Part shown: positions 1-15,994 of the stretch, in pieces
Position numbering within the stretch: the stretch's first letter is position 1
How the letters are laid out: the number at the start of each line of letters is the position of its first letter
Assembly (NCBI RefSeq): GCF_009914755.1
Contig: NC_060926.1
DNA length: 64,000 nt
Direction: 5' to 3' (one strand)
From: the human T2T-CHM13v2.0 reference genome, Homo sapiens
Position numbers and translations under genes: made by a program
Notes under the pieces: generated by a model
The model's database searches: none
Seen by the model: the letters and a program-made list of their open reading frames with translations, nothing else
What the model was told of the DNA's origin: nothing

Positions 1-19
1 TCAAAAAAAAAAAAAAAAA

Positions 20-1100
20 AGTTAGATGAAGGCACCAGCTTTGTGCACAGAAGAGTAGCCAGTGAGGTAGGAGGAAAACCAGGAAAATATACTCAGGAGT
101 CAAGAGCAGACAATGTTTCAAGAAGTCCTAACAGCATTAGGCATACACACACACACACAAAATCAAAGCTACAATACTACGGTATTCAATAGAACCATAT
201 GCCTCAGATATAACTCAATCCCTTTATCCCAAAATTTAATTCCACTTCTTACAGTCCCAACCTGATGAATGGCATCACCCAGTCACCTAATCCTTCTCCT
301 TCACCCGTATCAATACACCATTAAATCCAAAAGATTCAACTCATTTTATATCTTTTATTTCTTATCTGTTCTTTCCTCCATATGGCTTCCAACTAAATTC
401 AGGTCTTCATCTCTCAGCAGGATATTGAAATAATCCCTTATTTGTACCCCTGCCCCTTGGCTTAGTCTGGTACAACCCATCTTCTACCTTGGTGCCAGAT
501 AAAAATGTCCAAAGTATGTATTTGATTATATTACTTTCTCTGTTAAAATTCCTCAGGACCTAAAGTGCTGGTTTCTAGGCTTTGGGATTTCATCGCTCAG
601 TAACTCCCCCTTCAAAAAACCGAAAACAAAAAAAAAAATGTACTGCTATCTCTAACAGAGCACACCTCTCATTTTGAGTTGTGATTCCTATCTGCCTTCT
701 AGACTGGACTTTCTTGAGGGATGACCTAAGTCTTCATTCACTCATGCATTCAACAAAATTTATTCAGGACTTATGATGGGCCAAGAACCATGCTAGATTC
801 TGAGAGTATGAAAAAAGCAATCATGGTTCCTGCCCTCAGTTGTGCTTATAATCTAGTTAGGGAGACATGTATCAAGTAAGCAACAAATCAATAGAAAATT
901 GCTACCACAACAGGAGCTAAGAAGGAAAGGCACATAGTATGTAGAAAGCTTATTATAAAGGATTTGTCCTAGTCAGAGTCGGAGAAAGATTTTTCAGAAA
1001 AAAGTTTTGCTTGAGCTAGGATCTGAAAGCAAACAACAGCTAAAAGGTAAAAAGGGAAGGGAAGAGTATTCCAGGCAGGAGAAACAGGATAAATGAAGCC
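20..1100. mobile_element. Degenerate L2 (LINE2) fragments
   Basis: L2 3'-end-like motif cattcactcatgcattcaacaaaatttatt (~736-765), plus 'gaggtaggaggaaaaccagg' and 'cctgccctcag...gcttataatctagt' stretches; boundaries approximate. Confidence 0.5.
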
Positions 1101-1109
1101 TTGTGTCTG

Positions 1110-1504
1110 TGTAGGAAAACAGCCATTGTATGGCAAGAGTGACTCCATCTGGAAGGAGACTCGCCATGATAACTGATGTTTGACCACAGCATACCAAGGT
1201 GTTCTGCAGCAAGGTCTTTAAGCAATGCCTGTAGCATACATAGCCCTGCATAAAGATGCTTATCTAACCTCCCCAGTAGTCATGAGTTTCAGCAAGAAAG
1301 TCTGAGATGTAATCAGCTTGCCATACAAAGGATACTTTCTGGACAGTGAATGCAGGGACCCACCATTGCATGGTTATCCCAGATATCACTTCTGTTTGTA
1401 AGAGCCTATTAAATATTTCTTTCTGAGAAACTGAATTTGTCAGCCTCTTTCTTCAGCCTCTCACCTTGGGGGTGGGTTTGCACAGACCTGCTCACCACGG
1501 AACA
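1110..1504 (+). mobile_element. Solo ERV LTR (LTR47-like, by recall)
   Basis: Begins TGTAGGAAAACAGCC, ends ...GGAACA (TG...CA), with ATTAAA followed by a U5-like pyrimidine stretch near 1408. Confidence 0.5.
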
Positions 1505-1639
1505 GGCAGGAGAGAACACAGCAAGAAAGAAAACCACTGTGGCTGAAGATGACAAAGGAAGACATTCTTGGTAAAAAGTGACAAGCTCATGTGAGGCCAT
1601 AAGTCAGTTGAGGAATTTTATATGTTGAAAAGCTGTGAG

Positions 1640-2730
1640 AACTCACAAATGGGAGAAAACATTTGCAAACTACCCATCTGACAAGGGATTAAGAACCAGA
1701 ATCTATAACGTGCTCAAACAACTCTACAAGAAAAAAATTTAATAATCTGATTTTGAAATGGGCAAAAGATTTGAATAGACATTTCTCAAAAGAAGACATA
1801 CAAATGGTAGACAGGCATATGAAAATGTCCTCAGTATCATGGCTCATCAGAGAAATGCAAATCAAAACTATAGTCAGATATCATCTCACCCCAGTAAAAA
1901 TGGCATTTTTCCAAAAGACAACCAATAACAAATGCTGGCAAGGATGTGGAGAAAAGGGAACTCTTGTCCATTGTTGGTGGGAATGTAAATTAGTACAACC
2001 ACTATGGACAACAGTTTGGAGGTTCCTCAAAAAACTAAAAATAGAGCTACCATGTGATCTAGTAATCCCACTGCTGGGTACATACCCAAAAGAAAGGAAG
2101 ACAGTATATCAAAAGGATATCTGCACTCTCATATTTGTTGCAGCTGTGTTCACAATAGCCAAGGTTTGGAAGCAACCTAAGTATTCATCAACAGATGAAT
2201 GATTAAACAAACTGTGGTACATATATACAATGGAGTACTATTCAGCCATAAAAAAGGATGAGATCCTGTCATTTGCAACAACGATGGAACTGGAGGTCAT
2301 TATGTTAAGTGAAATAAGCCAGGCACAGAAAGACAAACTTTGCATGTTCTCACTTATTTGTGGGAGCAAAAATTAAAATAATTGAATTTACAGACATAAA
2401 GAGTAAAAGGATGATTACTAGAGACTGGAGTGGATAATTGGGGAATGGGGATGGCTCATGGGTACCAAAAGTAGTTAGAAAAAATGAATAAGACCTCATA
2501 TGTGATAGCACAATAGGTGACTATTATAGTCAATAATAATTTAATTATACATTTAAAAATAACTAAAAGTATATAATTGAGTTGTCTGTGACACAAAGGA
2601 TAAACGCATGAGGGGGATGGATACCCAATTTACCAAGATGTGATTAATAAGCATTGCATACCTGTATCAAAATATCTCATGTACCCCACACTACTATGCA
2701 CCCACAAAAATTAAAAATTAAAAAAAAAAC
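1640..2730 (+). mobile_element. L1 3' end (ORF2 C-terminus, 3'UTR, A tail; L1MA/L1PB-like)
   Basis: ORF 1753-2202 translates to the L1 ORF2p C-terminal region ([16 protein letters not shown]...[26 protein letters not shown]); A-rich tail at ~2705-2730. Confidence 0.9.
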
Positions 2731-2739
2731 AACAAGAGT

Positions 2740-3310
2740 TGGAAGCAAAGAAGCATGGATTGGAGTCTTACGGTCACAAGCCAAGAAAGGCCTAGAGTCA
2801 CCAAAAGCTGAAGAGCCTAGAAACAGATTGTCCCCAATAGTCTTCAGAGGGAGCACAGCCCTGCTGTTTTAGTCCAGTTTTCATTGCTCATAGCAGGATA
2901 CCTGAAACAGTAATTACTTCTTAGAGTTACAGAGGCTGAGAAGTCCCAGGTTGAGGGGCCACATCTGGTGAGGGCCTTCTTACTGGTGGGGACTCTGCAG
3001 AATCCCAAGATAGTACAGGGCATCATATGGCAAGGGAGCTGAACGTGCTAGCTCCAGTCTCTTCCTCTTCTTATAAAGCCGACCAGTTCCATTACCATGA
3101 TAACCCATTAATCCATTAACCTATTAATCCATTCATGAGGGCTCTGCCCTCATGACCCAATCACCTCTCAATACTGCCACATTGGGGATTAAATTTCAAC
3201 ATGAGTTTGGGAGAGGACAATCATTCAAACCATAGTCCCTGCCAACACATTGATTTTAGACTTCTGGCCTTTAGAATTGCGAGATAATAAATTTCTCTTG
3301 TTTTAAGTCA
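2740..3310. mobile_element. MaLR LTRs: MST-type LTR (~2866-3235) nested in an MLT1-type LTR
   Basis: MLT1-like 'ccacaagccaag...cacagccctgc' is interrupted and resumes at 'ccctgccaacacattgattttagacttctggcct'; the insert has MST hallmarks (catgacccaatcacctc, ttcaaaccatag). Confidence 0.65.
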
Positions 3311-5348
3311 AAAAACAATACCAAAAGAAAACAAACAAATAATAACAACAACAACAAAGAAAAGCAATGAGAAGGTTTTTAAGTAGGGGATGGCATTAAT
3401 TAGAGCTGATTTTTTTTAATCCTGCTCCTGTGGGATAGAATTCAATTTTGAAAAGATTCCTCTGGCAGGCTGCAGGATGACAACAGCTTGCAGGGGAGCT
3501 TAAGTGAAATAGCTTGGGCCAAGATGGTGGTAGTGTTGCTGGTGGAGAAACATACGTAATAGACTCCAGAGATAATAAGGGTCAACAGAAAGGCTTTGGT
3601 GATGGGTTAGATACGGGAGATAAGGATTACAGATACCAAAGATGACCCCTAACTTTCGGACTTGCATAACTGGAAGTAGTGCCATTTTACTACAAGAGGC
3701 ACAGAGAGAAGACCAGGTTGGAAAGACAGGATTATGAGTTTAGTTTGGGGAAATATTGATTATTAATGCCTTTGAGACATACAAAAGGGAAAGTCGAGTG
3801 TGCAGACTTATGCAGTTTGAATTTCCTAGCACACAGTAACATCTCTACTAGCATTCATTGGATAAATAAATAGTAAAATAAAAATAAGTAAACAGGTCTT
3901 CCTCCTAAAATGAGCAAAGAAAGGAACTGGAAATCAATCTTCACCGAGTATGTTAGGAATTCATGCAGTTCTGAGTGTAATCCAAATGGCAAGGCCTCAC
4001 AAATTTGTGACTATCTACAATGACTTGAGTCTTCACTATCCTCGTGAGCCTTTCTTCTTGGCTCACCCGCCTAGTAAGCCCTTCTCCTTGGCTAATAGAT
4101 GGGTGTCTTCTCCCTGTGTCTTCATATGGTCTTTCCTCTGTACATGTCTACATCATGACTGACTCTTCTTCTAGGACACCAGTCATACTGGATTAGGGCC
4201 CACCCTAATGATCTCATTTTAACTTAATTCCCACTTAAAAGAACCTGCATCCAAATATAGTCACATTCTGAGCTACTTGGGGTTAGGACTTTTGGGACAC
4301 AATTCAGCCCGTAACAAATGCCTTATATATATTCACAAACCAATCTGGCAATGTCCATACCAGGGGTGTAATTTGGTGACAGCAGACATTCTTCTCAGAT
4401 GCCATTAGCAGCACAGGGTTCTAAGCAAAGGTAAAGAGAATAATCTCCTCAGTACCATATTTGATTGCCTGGCCCTGGAACAATATTGCTTACACAGTGA
4501 ATCTGCTCACAACCCAGAATCTAGAAAAGTCACTCAGGAAAATCACCTTTTCAGTGTTTTCTCTCCTTCCTTATCTACTGCAAGCACTTCTCCAAAAACA
4601 ACCTTTTTAAAACACTCCCAACACCACCAGATTCCAAAGGAGAAACAACCACTCATAGCCATCCAAGCATCTTTCTCTTTCCGTTGTACAGTACCTTCTC
4701 CTATATCCCCTAAAAAGAAAGCCAGTACTGGCTCAGCCTAATTCATATTCCCTGACCAAAAAGCTTAAATCTGTATTCAAGGTAATCACTTTAGATTAAC
4801 ATACCAAGACAAATACCAGCTTTAAATTTGTTTAACTTAAAGAGACCATTATGAAGATTTTTCCCAATCAAAATTGAAAAAAGGTAAATTGAAGTTTCCA
4901 TTTCTGAAAATAAAAAACTGCTCACAACCTAAAAACATTAAAGTTTATTTTTAAAAAGTCAACACAAGCATATGTAAAAGTTCAAACAGATCAAATTCAA
5001 CCTATGTCTCCCAGTCTACACCCCAGAAGGAACCAATTTTATCTGTTTTGTGTGTGTGTATTCTTGCAAACACAGTCTATGATTATACAAGTATTTACAT
5101 GTATATATTCCTTTTTCATTTTAAGCAAACAGTAGAATTTGCCCTTTCTGGTACCTTTTAAATACCTTGCAGGGTACTTAATAACTTGGTGGTCATTCCA
5201 CGTATAAACTGCCTCTTTCTTTTTAATGGGTGGATCCTATGAATGAAAATTACAGATTACATAGATGTACATAATCATCCAGTCCTCAACACATGGACAT
5301 TCCTGTTTCCAATCTTTTGCAATTATGAACTGTTGCCAAGAATACCCT

Positions 5349-5939
5349 TGTCACTGGAAAGGGGTCCCAATCCAGACCCCAAGAGAAGGTTCTTGGATCT
5401 CACTCAAGAAAGAATTTGAGGTAAATCTATAAAGTGAAAGCAAGTTTACTAAGAAAGTAAAGGAATAAAGAATGTCTATTCCACAGGCAGAGCAGCCCAG
5501 AGGGCTGCTGGTTGCCTATTTGTATGGTTATTTCTTGATTATATGCTAAACAGGAGGTGTATTATTCATGTCTCCCCTTTTTTTAGACCATATCCCCTTT
5601 TTTAGACCATGACGTTGCCATGGCATTTGTGAACTGCCATGGTGCCAGTGGGAGTGTCATTTAGCATGCTAATATATTATAATTAGCAAATAATGAGCAG
5701 TGAGGATGCCCAGAGGTCACTTTTATCGCCATCTTGGTTTTGGTGGGTTTTAGCTGGCTTCTTTACCACAGACTGTTTTATCAGCAAGGTCTTTATGACC
5801 TGTACCTTGTGCTGATCTCCTATCTCATCCTGTGACTTAGAATGTCTAACCTCCTGGGAATGCAGCCCAGTAGGTATCAGCCTTATTTTACCCAGCCCCT
5901 ACTCATGATGGAGTCACTCTGGTTCAAACGCCTCTGGCA
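5349..5939 (-). mobile_element. MER41 solo LTR (lacks the tandem GAS/STAT1 segment)
   Basis: Reverse complement starts TGCCAGAGGCGTTTGAACCAGAGTGACTCCATC...GGGGCTGGGTAAAAT and ends ...GACCCCTTTCCAGTGACA, matching MER41 termini. Confidence 0.85.
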
Positions 5940-6079
5940 CCATTATATATTTGTTCAGCATCTTTTCATATGCCTATTTGCCATCTATATACCTTCTTTG
6001 TGAGGTATCGGTTTAGATCTTTTGCCCATTTTTTAATTGGGTTGTTTATTTTCTTATTGCTGAGCTTTAAGAATTCTTT

Positions 6080-9130
<3,051 letters not shown>

Positions 9131-9132
9131 AA

Positions 9133-9700
<568 letters not shown>

Positions 9701-10404
9701 AGAGGTTTTTAATTTTAATGAAGTCCAACTTACCAGTTTTTTCTTTCATGGATTGTACTTTTGGTGTTGCATCTAAAACCTCATTGCCAAACACAAGGTC
9801 AACTATATTTTTTCCTATGTTATCTTCCAGAAGTTTTACAGTTTTGCATTTTACATTTAGGTCTGCAGCCCACTTTGAGTTAAATTTTGTGGAAGGTATA
9901 AGGTCTGCATGTAGATTTTTTTTTTTTAATGTGGCTTTCCGGTTGTTCTAGCGCCATTTGTTAAAAAGACTATTATTGCTCCATTGACTTGCCTTTGTTC
10001 CTTTGTCAAAGGTCAGTTGACCATTTATGGGTGGGCTCTCTATTCTGTTCCATTGATCTATGTGTCTATTCTTTCTCAAATACCACACCGTCTTGATTAC
10101 TGTAGCTTGATGTTAGGTAATGTCAGTGCAACTTCTTTGGTATTGTGTTGGTTATTCTGGGTTTTTTGCCTTTACATAGAAGTTTTAGAATCAATTTGTC
10201 AATATGTGCAAAATCACTTGCTGAAATTTTGGTTGGGATTGCACTGAATTTGTAGATCAACCTGGGAAGAATTGACATCTAAATTGATTCTTCTAATCTA
10301 TGAACTCAGAATAGCTTTCTGTTATTTAATCTTTTTTTGTTTTCCATTAGAGTTTTATTATAGTTTTCTGCATATAGATCCTGTACATATTTCAGATCCA
10401 TATC

Positions 10405-10700
<296 letters not shown>

Positions 10701-10718
10701 TAGATCCATATCTAAGTA

Positions 10719-10947
10719 CAGGTTGAGTATCCCTAAATCTGAGAATCAGAAACACTCCAAAACCCAAAACTTCAAGCCCCCACATGACATTCAAAGGAAA
10801 TGTTCATTGGCGCATTTCAGATTTAGAATTTTTGGATTAGGATGCTCAATGGCTAAGTTTATAATTCAAATATTTCAAAACCTAAAAAAACCTGAAATCC
10901 AAAACACATCTGGTCTCAAGCATTTCAGATACGTGATACTCAACCTG
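10719..10947. mobile_element. Tigger4/Zombi (MER46)-type MITE
   Basis: Terminal inverted repeats CAGGTTGAGTATC...GATACTCAACCTG, each flanked by a TA target duplication. Confidence 0.85.
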
Positions 10948-11349
10948 TATTACTTTGGGAGACGGTACTATTGTAAATGGCATTTTTAAATTATAAATTC
11001 CAATTGTTCATTGCTGGTGTATAGGAAAACTGACTTTTGTATTCAACCTTATATCCTAAAATTTTACAGAAGAAGTTTTATGTCTTCCTTCCCAACATGT
11101 ATATACTTTTAATTTACTTTTCTTGTTAGCTAGAACACCCAGTACCACGTTGAAAAGACTGGTGAGAGGGGACATGCTTGCCTTGTGTCAGACTTTAGGT
11201 GGAAAGAATGTAGTTTCTCACAACAGAAACAATCTATTGTTAGCTGCAGAATTTTTGTAGATGCTCTTTATCAAGTTGAGGAAGTTCTCCTTTATTCCCA
11301 GTTTGCTGAGTTTTTATCATGAATGGATGTTGAGGATGGGCACTTCTTT

Positions 11350-12087
11350 TATTTGTGTGTGTGTGTGACAGGATCTCACTCTGTCACCCAGGCTGGGGTG
11401 CAACCTCACCTCTCAGGTTGAAGCGATACTCCCAAGGAGCTAGGACTACAGACGCCACCACATCCAGCTAATTTTTTAAAAAACTTTTGTAGAGGTGGGG
11501 TCTCATTATGTTGCCCAGGCTGGTCTAGAACACTTTGGCCTCCCAAAGTGCTGGGATTACAGCCGGGAAACACTGCACCTGGCCAAGGGTTTGCACTTTT
11601 AAAATGTTGCTTTAAATCAATCTATTCCAGAAATTGTAAGCAACATAAAACGTAAAGCAAGGGAAGTGAGTATGAAATAGCAACTGTTACAAAAACTGCC
11701 TACTATAATCAATATTCTTGTGCAATGCAGTATGCTGAGCGTGGGAGCCCCATAACAATCACTTGCCTCCATGGTCTTTGGCAAATAGATATTACTTTAT
11801 TTTTTATTTTCGAGACAAGGTCTTGCACTATCGCCCAAGCTGGGGTGCAGCAGCGAGATCTAGCTCACCGCAGCCTCCACCTCCTGGGCTCAAGCCATCC
11901 TCCCACTTCAGCCTCGGGAGTAGCTGGGACTACAGGCGCGCCACCAAACCTGGCTAATTTTTGTATTTTTGGTAGAGACGGGGTATCGCCATGTTGCCCT
12001 TGCCCTCGAACTCCTGACCTCAAGTGATCGGCCCACTGGACCTCCCCAAGTGCTGAGATTACAGGCGTGAGCCACCGTGCCCGGCCT
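11350..12087 (-). mobile_element. Two AluJ-type elements (~11350-11585 degenerate; ~11795-12087)
   Basis: Alu consensus with J-type diagnostics (ctcctgggctcaagccatcctccc). Confidence 0.8.
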
Positions 12088-12778
12088 CCAAATAGTTAAG
12101 ACTTTAAACTTAGAAACCCTATTCACAACACAAACTCCGAGTGAAGCTCAGTGGCATTTTCTTACAGGAAGAAATACAGGAGTTAATCAACAGGTATGTG
12201 GGATGTTCCCACATCAAATCCTAAAGATAAAATTTTAACTCAGTTCCTCCTGCACTATCTGATTCTCCCCAACCTTGTCTCGCAGAAACCACAGCGCAGC
12301 CTGAAAACACGCCCCGTCTAGATTCAACACCTCATTTAGAAATTCAATTTCTCGTTGCTAGTTGGATAGCGTTTGCCAAGTAATTTGAAAAAATAAAAAT
12401 AAACCAAGTGGTCTGGGATTTAAACAAGATAATGTAGGGTGAAAAAAGCACTCAGGTGCGGACAGCCATGGAGCGTGACTTCCTGTGCACTCCTTCCCCG
12501 CCAGCTCAACGCCAGAGCCGCGCGCTAGGCGGAGACTGTTGGTGGCGGAGGCCGGAGTCGCACGCCTACGAGACTGCGCGGACCCGCCCAAAAGGAAAAT
12601 GGAAGTAGTGGCGTGAGGCTGCGACAGTGAAGGCTATTTTTCTCTTTTTAAAGGGCCGCTAGACCTCCCGTCTAAAGGAAGCGCCCGACGGGCCTCCGAA
12701 GTACACGCCCAGGCCCCCACAGCGCAGCCGCCCGACCGCCTCTCTTCACACCGGCCAGAGTCCACCCTCTCCCACTTT

Positions 12779-12868
12779 CCCCTCCCCTCCCCTCCCCGCC
12801 CCTTCCCTCCCCACCCCGCCCCTTCCCTCCCCACCCCGCCCCTTCCCTCCCCACCCCTTCGCCCCGCC
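12779..12868. repeat. C-rich 20-bp tandem repeat (CCCCGCCCCTTCCCTCCCCA x ~3) with (CCCCT)n; G-quadruplex/i-motif prone
   Basis: Visible directly: three exact 20-nt units at 12794-12853. Confidence 0.9.
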
Positions 12869-13190
12869 AACCCTAGACCCGGCATGCGCTGCGCCGACCT
12901 TTTCCTTCCGAGCCGACCTCTCCACCTTCGGCGCCTCCCAATGACAAGCGGCGCGGAGCATTGTGGTCCCGTGCGCAAGAGCGAGGCCGAGGGCAGAAAA
13001 AGAAAGCAAAAGACTAGGGCGAGTCGGTAGAGCGGGCCCCGCGCATGCGCAAGGGCGGAGGCGGTGGTGAAAAAGGGTGGTGCGTGGTCTACGGCGAGCG
13101 GAGTGGGGCGGGGTCGCGCGCCTTGGCGGGGAGTCCGCGAGCCAGGAGGGGCGGGGGGTGAATGAAGGAGCGGGCGGAGGAGGAAGTGTC

Positions 13191-13348
13191 ATGGCGTCGG
13201 GCCGTGGAGCTTCTTCTCGCTGGTTCTTTACTCGGGAACAGCTGGAGAACACGCCGAGCCGCCGCTGCGGAGTGGAGGCGGATAAAGAGCTCTCGTGCCG
13301 CCAGCAGGCGGCCAACCTCATCCAGGAGATGGGACAGCGTCTCAATGT
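13191..13348 (+). CDS. CCNT2: Cyclin T2 coding exon 1 ([27 protein letters not shown]...GQRLNV)
   Basis: Strong Kozak GTCATGG; recognisable cyclin T N-terminus; ends at U12-type donor GT|GTATCCTTT. Confidence 0.98.
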
Positions 13349-14145
13349 GTATCCTTTTCTGTTCGCCGCCGCTCACGCCCTGTTTCCCTTGCCCGGTCGC
13401 CGGGCCTGGTGCCCCGCGAACATGGCGCCGCCGGCCTCGGCCTTCGCTGGGCCTCGGCGCCGCGGTCAGGGAAGTAATGTTCCGGCTCGGGCAGTCGCGA
13501 GGGGTCAGCAGAGGAAGGGAGGAGGAGATAGGACCCCAGGAATGCGGGCCAGGAGCCTGCGTTGTGTAATCTGTTTGGGGCAGCGCGTGGTGGTGGCGGC
13601 GGGGGTTGGGAGTGTGGTTCAGGCGAAAGAGGAATTTTAGGGATTATTGCAGAAAAGGGGCGGCTCCCTGGACTTGTCCCTGACCCCGAAGGGTTTGAGA
13701 GGTAGGAGGGTTAGCGATGCTGAAAGGCCTAAGTGTTTGCCGCAGCCTTTCCCGGCTCTCGTCGCCGGCTTGATGGCGGCTCTCTTCTACCTTGGGAGCG
13801 CACTGGAGGTCTTTATGTTCTTGGCGTGGTTTTGTATGGGTGTGTGCGCGCGCGTTTCAACTGTTTCATTTTGAGTTTAGTTAGTCGTAGCCATTGATAA
13901 ATAGTTCCAGGGCCCTCAGCGCTGTTAGAGTGAAAAGATCAGCAGTTCTTATTCCCATTTATTTGGCGTCAAGCCTATTCTCTTCCTGCCGCCCCACCCC
14001 CCGCGGGCATTTATTTCTTTATTTCCAGTTTGGAGTTTGGATTTGAATGGGAGGTATTGGAAAAGAACCTGGGAATTTTCCATCAAAATTGTTCTGGGAA
14101 TGAGATCTTGCTTTTGTCAGATATTTCCTAAATATTACGTTCCAG
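13349..14145 (+). other. CCNT2: U12-type (minor spliceosome) GT-AG intron 1
   Basis: 5' splice site GTATCCTTT (U12 consensus); branch-point-like TTTCCTAAAT 14124-14133 about 12-14 nt from CAG, with no long pyrimidine tract. Confidence 0.9.
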
Positions 14146-14227
14146 CTCTCAGCTTACAATAAACACTGCGATTGTTTATATGCACAGGTTTTATATGCAC
14201 CATTCTTTCACCAAATTCAACAAAAAT
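14146..14227 (+). CDS. CCNT2: Cyclin T2 exon 2 (SQLTINTAIVYMHRFYMHHSFTKFNKN)
   Basis: 82 nt, CAG acceptor and GTAAGT donor; frame continues from exon 1; cyclin-box helix sequence. Confidence 0.97.
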
Positions 14228-15589
14228 GTAAGTACTAGTTTGTTGTCTGTTTTTACTGTCCGCAAATTTGAGGGTAAATCGATACGCAGAAAAAAAGTTG
14301 GTCATTGCGTTGTTGGATTTAGTGTTCTGAATTAACGGTAAACGTATATCACGTGATAAATATTTTGCTTCAGATGCGGTGTTTTTGTGTTTTTAAAATT
14401 TATGATGAATTAAACTGCAAGGCACTGTTAAGCTCTGCCAGGCCTTTTAAGCTAAAAAAGAAAAACATTTATTTCTTTACAGAGTTATTACATAGGTTTT
14501 CTTCATTTAAATTCTATACTTAACATTTGAATAATTTCAGTAGTGATGTACAGTGGAATTGGGCAAGCCTGGTCGTTCTGTGATACATCTTAATTATGTT
14601 GGACTCATTGTTTAAAAGACTGTCAATTGAGATTAAATTAATTATGACATTCTTTTGAAAGAGCTATTTAGTAGAAATAATTCATTTCTTCATTTGCTAA
14701 CCTAGTAATTTCTTAAGATGTCAACGTTTCTGTTTATCACGTTAGCATCAGTTGTCTCCTAAAATTTTGGGTGATTCAAACGTCCACTCTTGCTTCAGAT
14801 ATAGTACGTCAGGAGTATGTTTATGTATTATTAGTAAAATTTACACCTGAATATTAAGGTATATAACCTGTAAACCTTGACAAATAGAGTAATGGCATTT
14901 TGTTGAAATGTTAATTTCATTTATGAAAGATACGAGTTTGGTGTATGTTGAGTAACACGCATACTGTGTTGTGTGTGTTAAAGAAAATTGCATATTGTTT
15001 AGAAATGTTTAACTCTGCTTTAATTCTGTCTTTATTTGTTACTTTTTATCATAGTTATTTTTAGAATATTATTCTGAAAGGTATGTGTAGAAAAATGGAC
15101 CAAAGAAGACTTTCTGCTATTTGTGGATAGTCATTAGGACTTATTTGCTAAGAAAACAATCCTAGGAAAGATCCTCAGAATATTATTTTTGAAATGGAAG
15201 GAAAGGCTTCATGGTTTAGATTGAGTCCTACCTTAATCTCTTCGGATCCTATTTCATTTATCAGTTTGGCATACAGGTTTATCTTGGACCACAAGTATTT
15301 TAATATACATTTTGATCTCTTGAAGACTTCTTCTATTTCTTTTTTAAATCTGCATAATTCTTGCTCTGTTGCTTCTAGTTTCCTAGTTATTTCTTGTGCA
15401 TAACATTTAGGTCAGTGATAGTGTTATGGAAGAGAAAGGAAGCCATTGGTGATAACATTTAGATTAAGGGAATTCATTATAAATTGTCTCCAAAGGCAGT
15501 AGTGAACTAATGAATGTTAATATAAATTTGGCATTCCTTACGTAACCCTGGATAATAATGGTAGAAATTACAAATCAAAATAGTTCTGA

Positions 15590-15994
<405 letters not shown>

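Larger units (their letters stand above)
12440..13900. promoter_or_regulatory. CCNT2: CpG-island promoter of CCNT2, probably bidirectional (shared with lncRNA CCNT2-AS1)
   Basis: High GC/CpG density; NRF1 palindrome CGCGCATGCGCA 13040-13051, GC box GGGGCGGGG ~13105, ETS core GGAAGT ~13182, YY1-like AACATGGCGCC ~13419; no TATA box. The CCNT2-AS1 link is from recall of the locus. Confidence 0.85.

Noticed and set aside
5349-5939. MER41 as an interferon-gamma/STAT1-inducible enhancer for CCNT2
   Set aside because: The segment that carries tandem TTCCNGGAA GAS motifs in MER41B is missing here (sequence runs ...aaggggagacatgaataat on -), and a small local duplication is present instead
12634-13376. 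Long - strand ORFs (114, 199, 95 aa) over the promoter
   Set aside because: Stop-poor GC-rich and tandem-repeat sequence giving low-complexity Gly/Arg/Pro translations with no recognisable domain
13077-13640. 187-aa ORF as an N-terminally extended or separate protein
   Set aside because: It is CCNT2 exon 1 read from a GTG and running into intron 1; the true start is ATG 13191
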